DNA of 64,000 nt from Harriotta raleighana (lineage: Eukaryota), in assembly GCA_050575255.1 (NCBI GenBank), contig JBNZDD010013542.1:930369-994368 (forward strand). Direction: 5' to 3'. The position numbers and the translations under genes were made by a program. Each line of letters begins with the position of its first letter. Position 1 is the stretch's first letter. Positions 63,620 through 64,000 of this stretch are shown here, in pieces. A model generated the notes under the pieces. It saw only the letters and a program-made list of their open reading frames with translations, searched no databases and was not told the DNA's origin.

Positions 63620-64000
63620 CGATGTTTATATGTACTTTCTTCATCCATGGATAAACCACGGGCTCTTTGGAGCAAGAAGTATTTTGGTTGCTGGTGACCT
63701 GACTGCAAGAAGGCGGTGGGCTTGGAGTCACCGGCTCACAGTGGTGCCCACGTTTGGCTAAGTGGTTCTGGAGGCCGGTGTGCGATTGTCCGTGACCCCT
63801 GGGCGCCACGATTTGCTCTCCAGAGCTCTGGATGTTGCTGCAGGAGGAATAACGTTGGTCGCTGAACGCTGGCCGTGGGTACATCGGCTCATGCTGAAAC
63901 CCCGGCTCTCGAGCACGACTATAGTATTCTGGAGAATGGCTTGGCAGGTAATCGCTCTGCAAATACTCTTCACAAGGTGGAAATTTAGGGTCCACATAGT
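63620..64000 (-). CDS. hoxb4: Homeobox protein Hox-B4, exon 1 (5'-partial; start codon beyond the window)
   Basis: ..YVDPKFPPCEEYLQSDYLPSHSPEYY..KEPVVYPWMKKVHINI; donor ATCG|gtgagt, phase 1. Confidence 0.95.

Noticed and set aside
1-64000. Prokaryote-type systems (CRISPR arrays, operons, defence genes) and the remaining 60-130 aa ORFs
   Set aside because: Eukaryotic intron-containing locus; no spacer-repeat arrays; the short ORFs mostly use non-ATG starts and lie in repeats or AT-rich non-coding DNA

Overview
Vertebrate genomic DNA covering the anterior (3') end of a HoxB cluster on the minus strand. Hoxb1, Hoxb2 and Hoxb3 are complete two-exon CDSs. Hoxb4 has exon 2 complete and exon 1 cut by the window end. 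The repeat content (tRNA-head/Deu-type SINEs with L2-like tails, CR1 3' ends, a ~65 bp shark-type minisatellite) and the slowly evolving Hox proteins suggest a cartilaginous fish, probably a holocephalan; this is inference. Many classical HoxB cis-elements can be read directly: the Hoxb1 autoregulatory element, the 3' DR2 and DR5 RAREs, the Hoxb2 r4 Pbx/Hox+Meis element and Krox20-like sites, the Hox3 DR5, the Hoxb4 ENE-type DR5, the CR3/LNE Hox sites and the Hox4 intron HB-1 element. The first ~13 kb is repeat-rich and CpG-poor; the rest is CpG-richer, and 34-64 kb is nearly free of recognisable TEs. The less obvious signals are: an out-of-frame overlapping uORF in Hoxb3 that starts like the HOXD3 N-terminal extension; candidate Hoxb3 leader exons carrying small ORFs (one in phase with the homeobox exon); a ~380 bp duplicated element whose two copies differ in CpG decay; and miRNA seed sites in the Hoxb1 and Hoxb3 3'UTRs. 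All comparisons with mouse/human sequences are from memory and need alignment.
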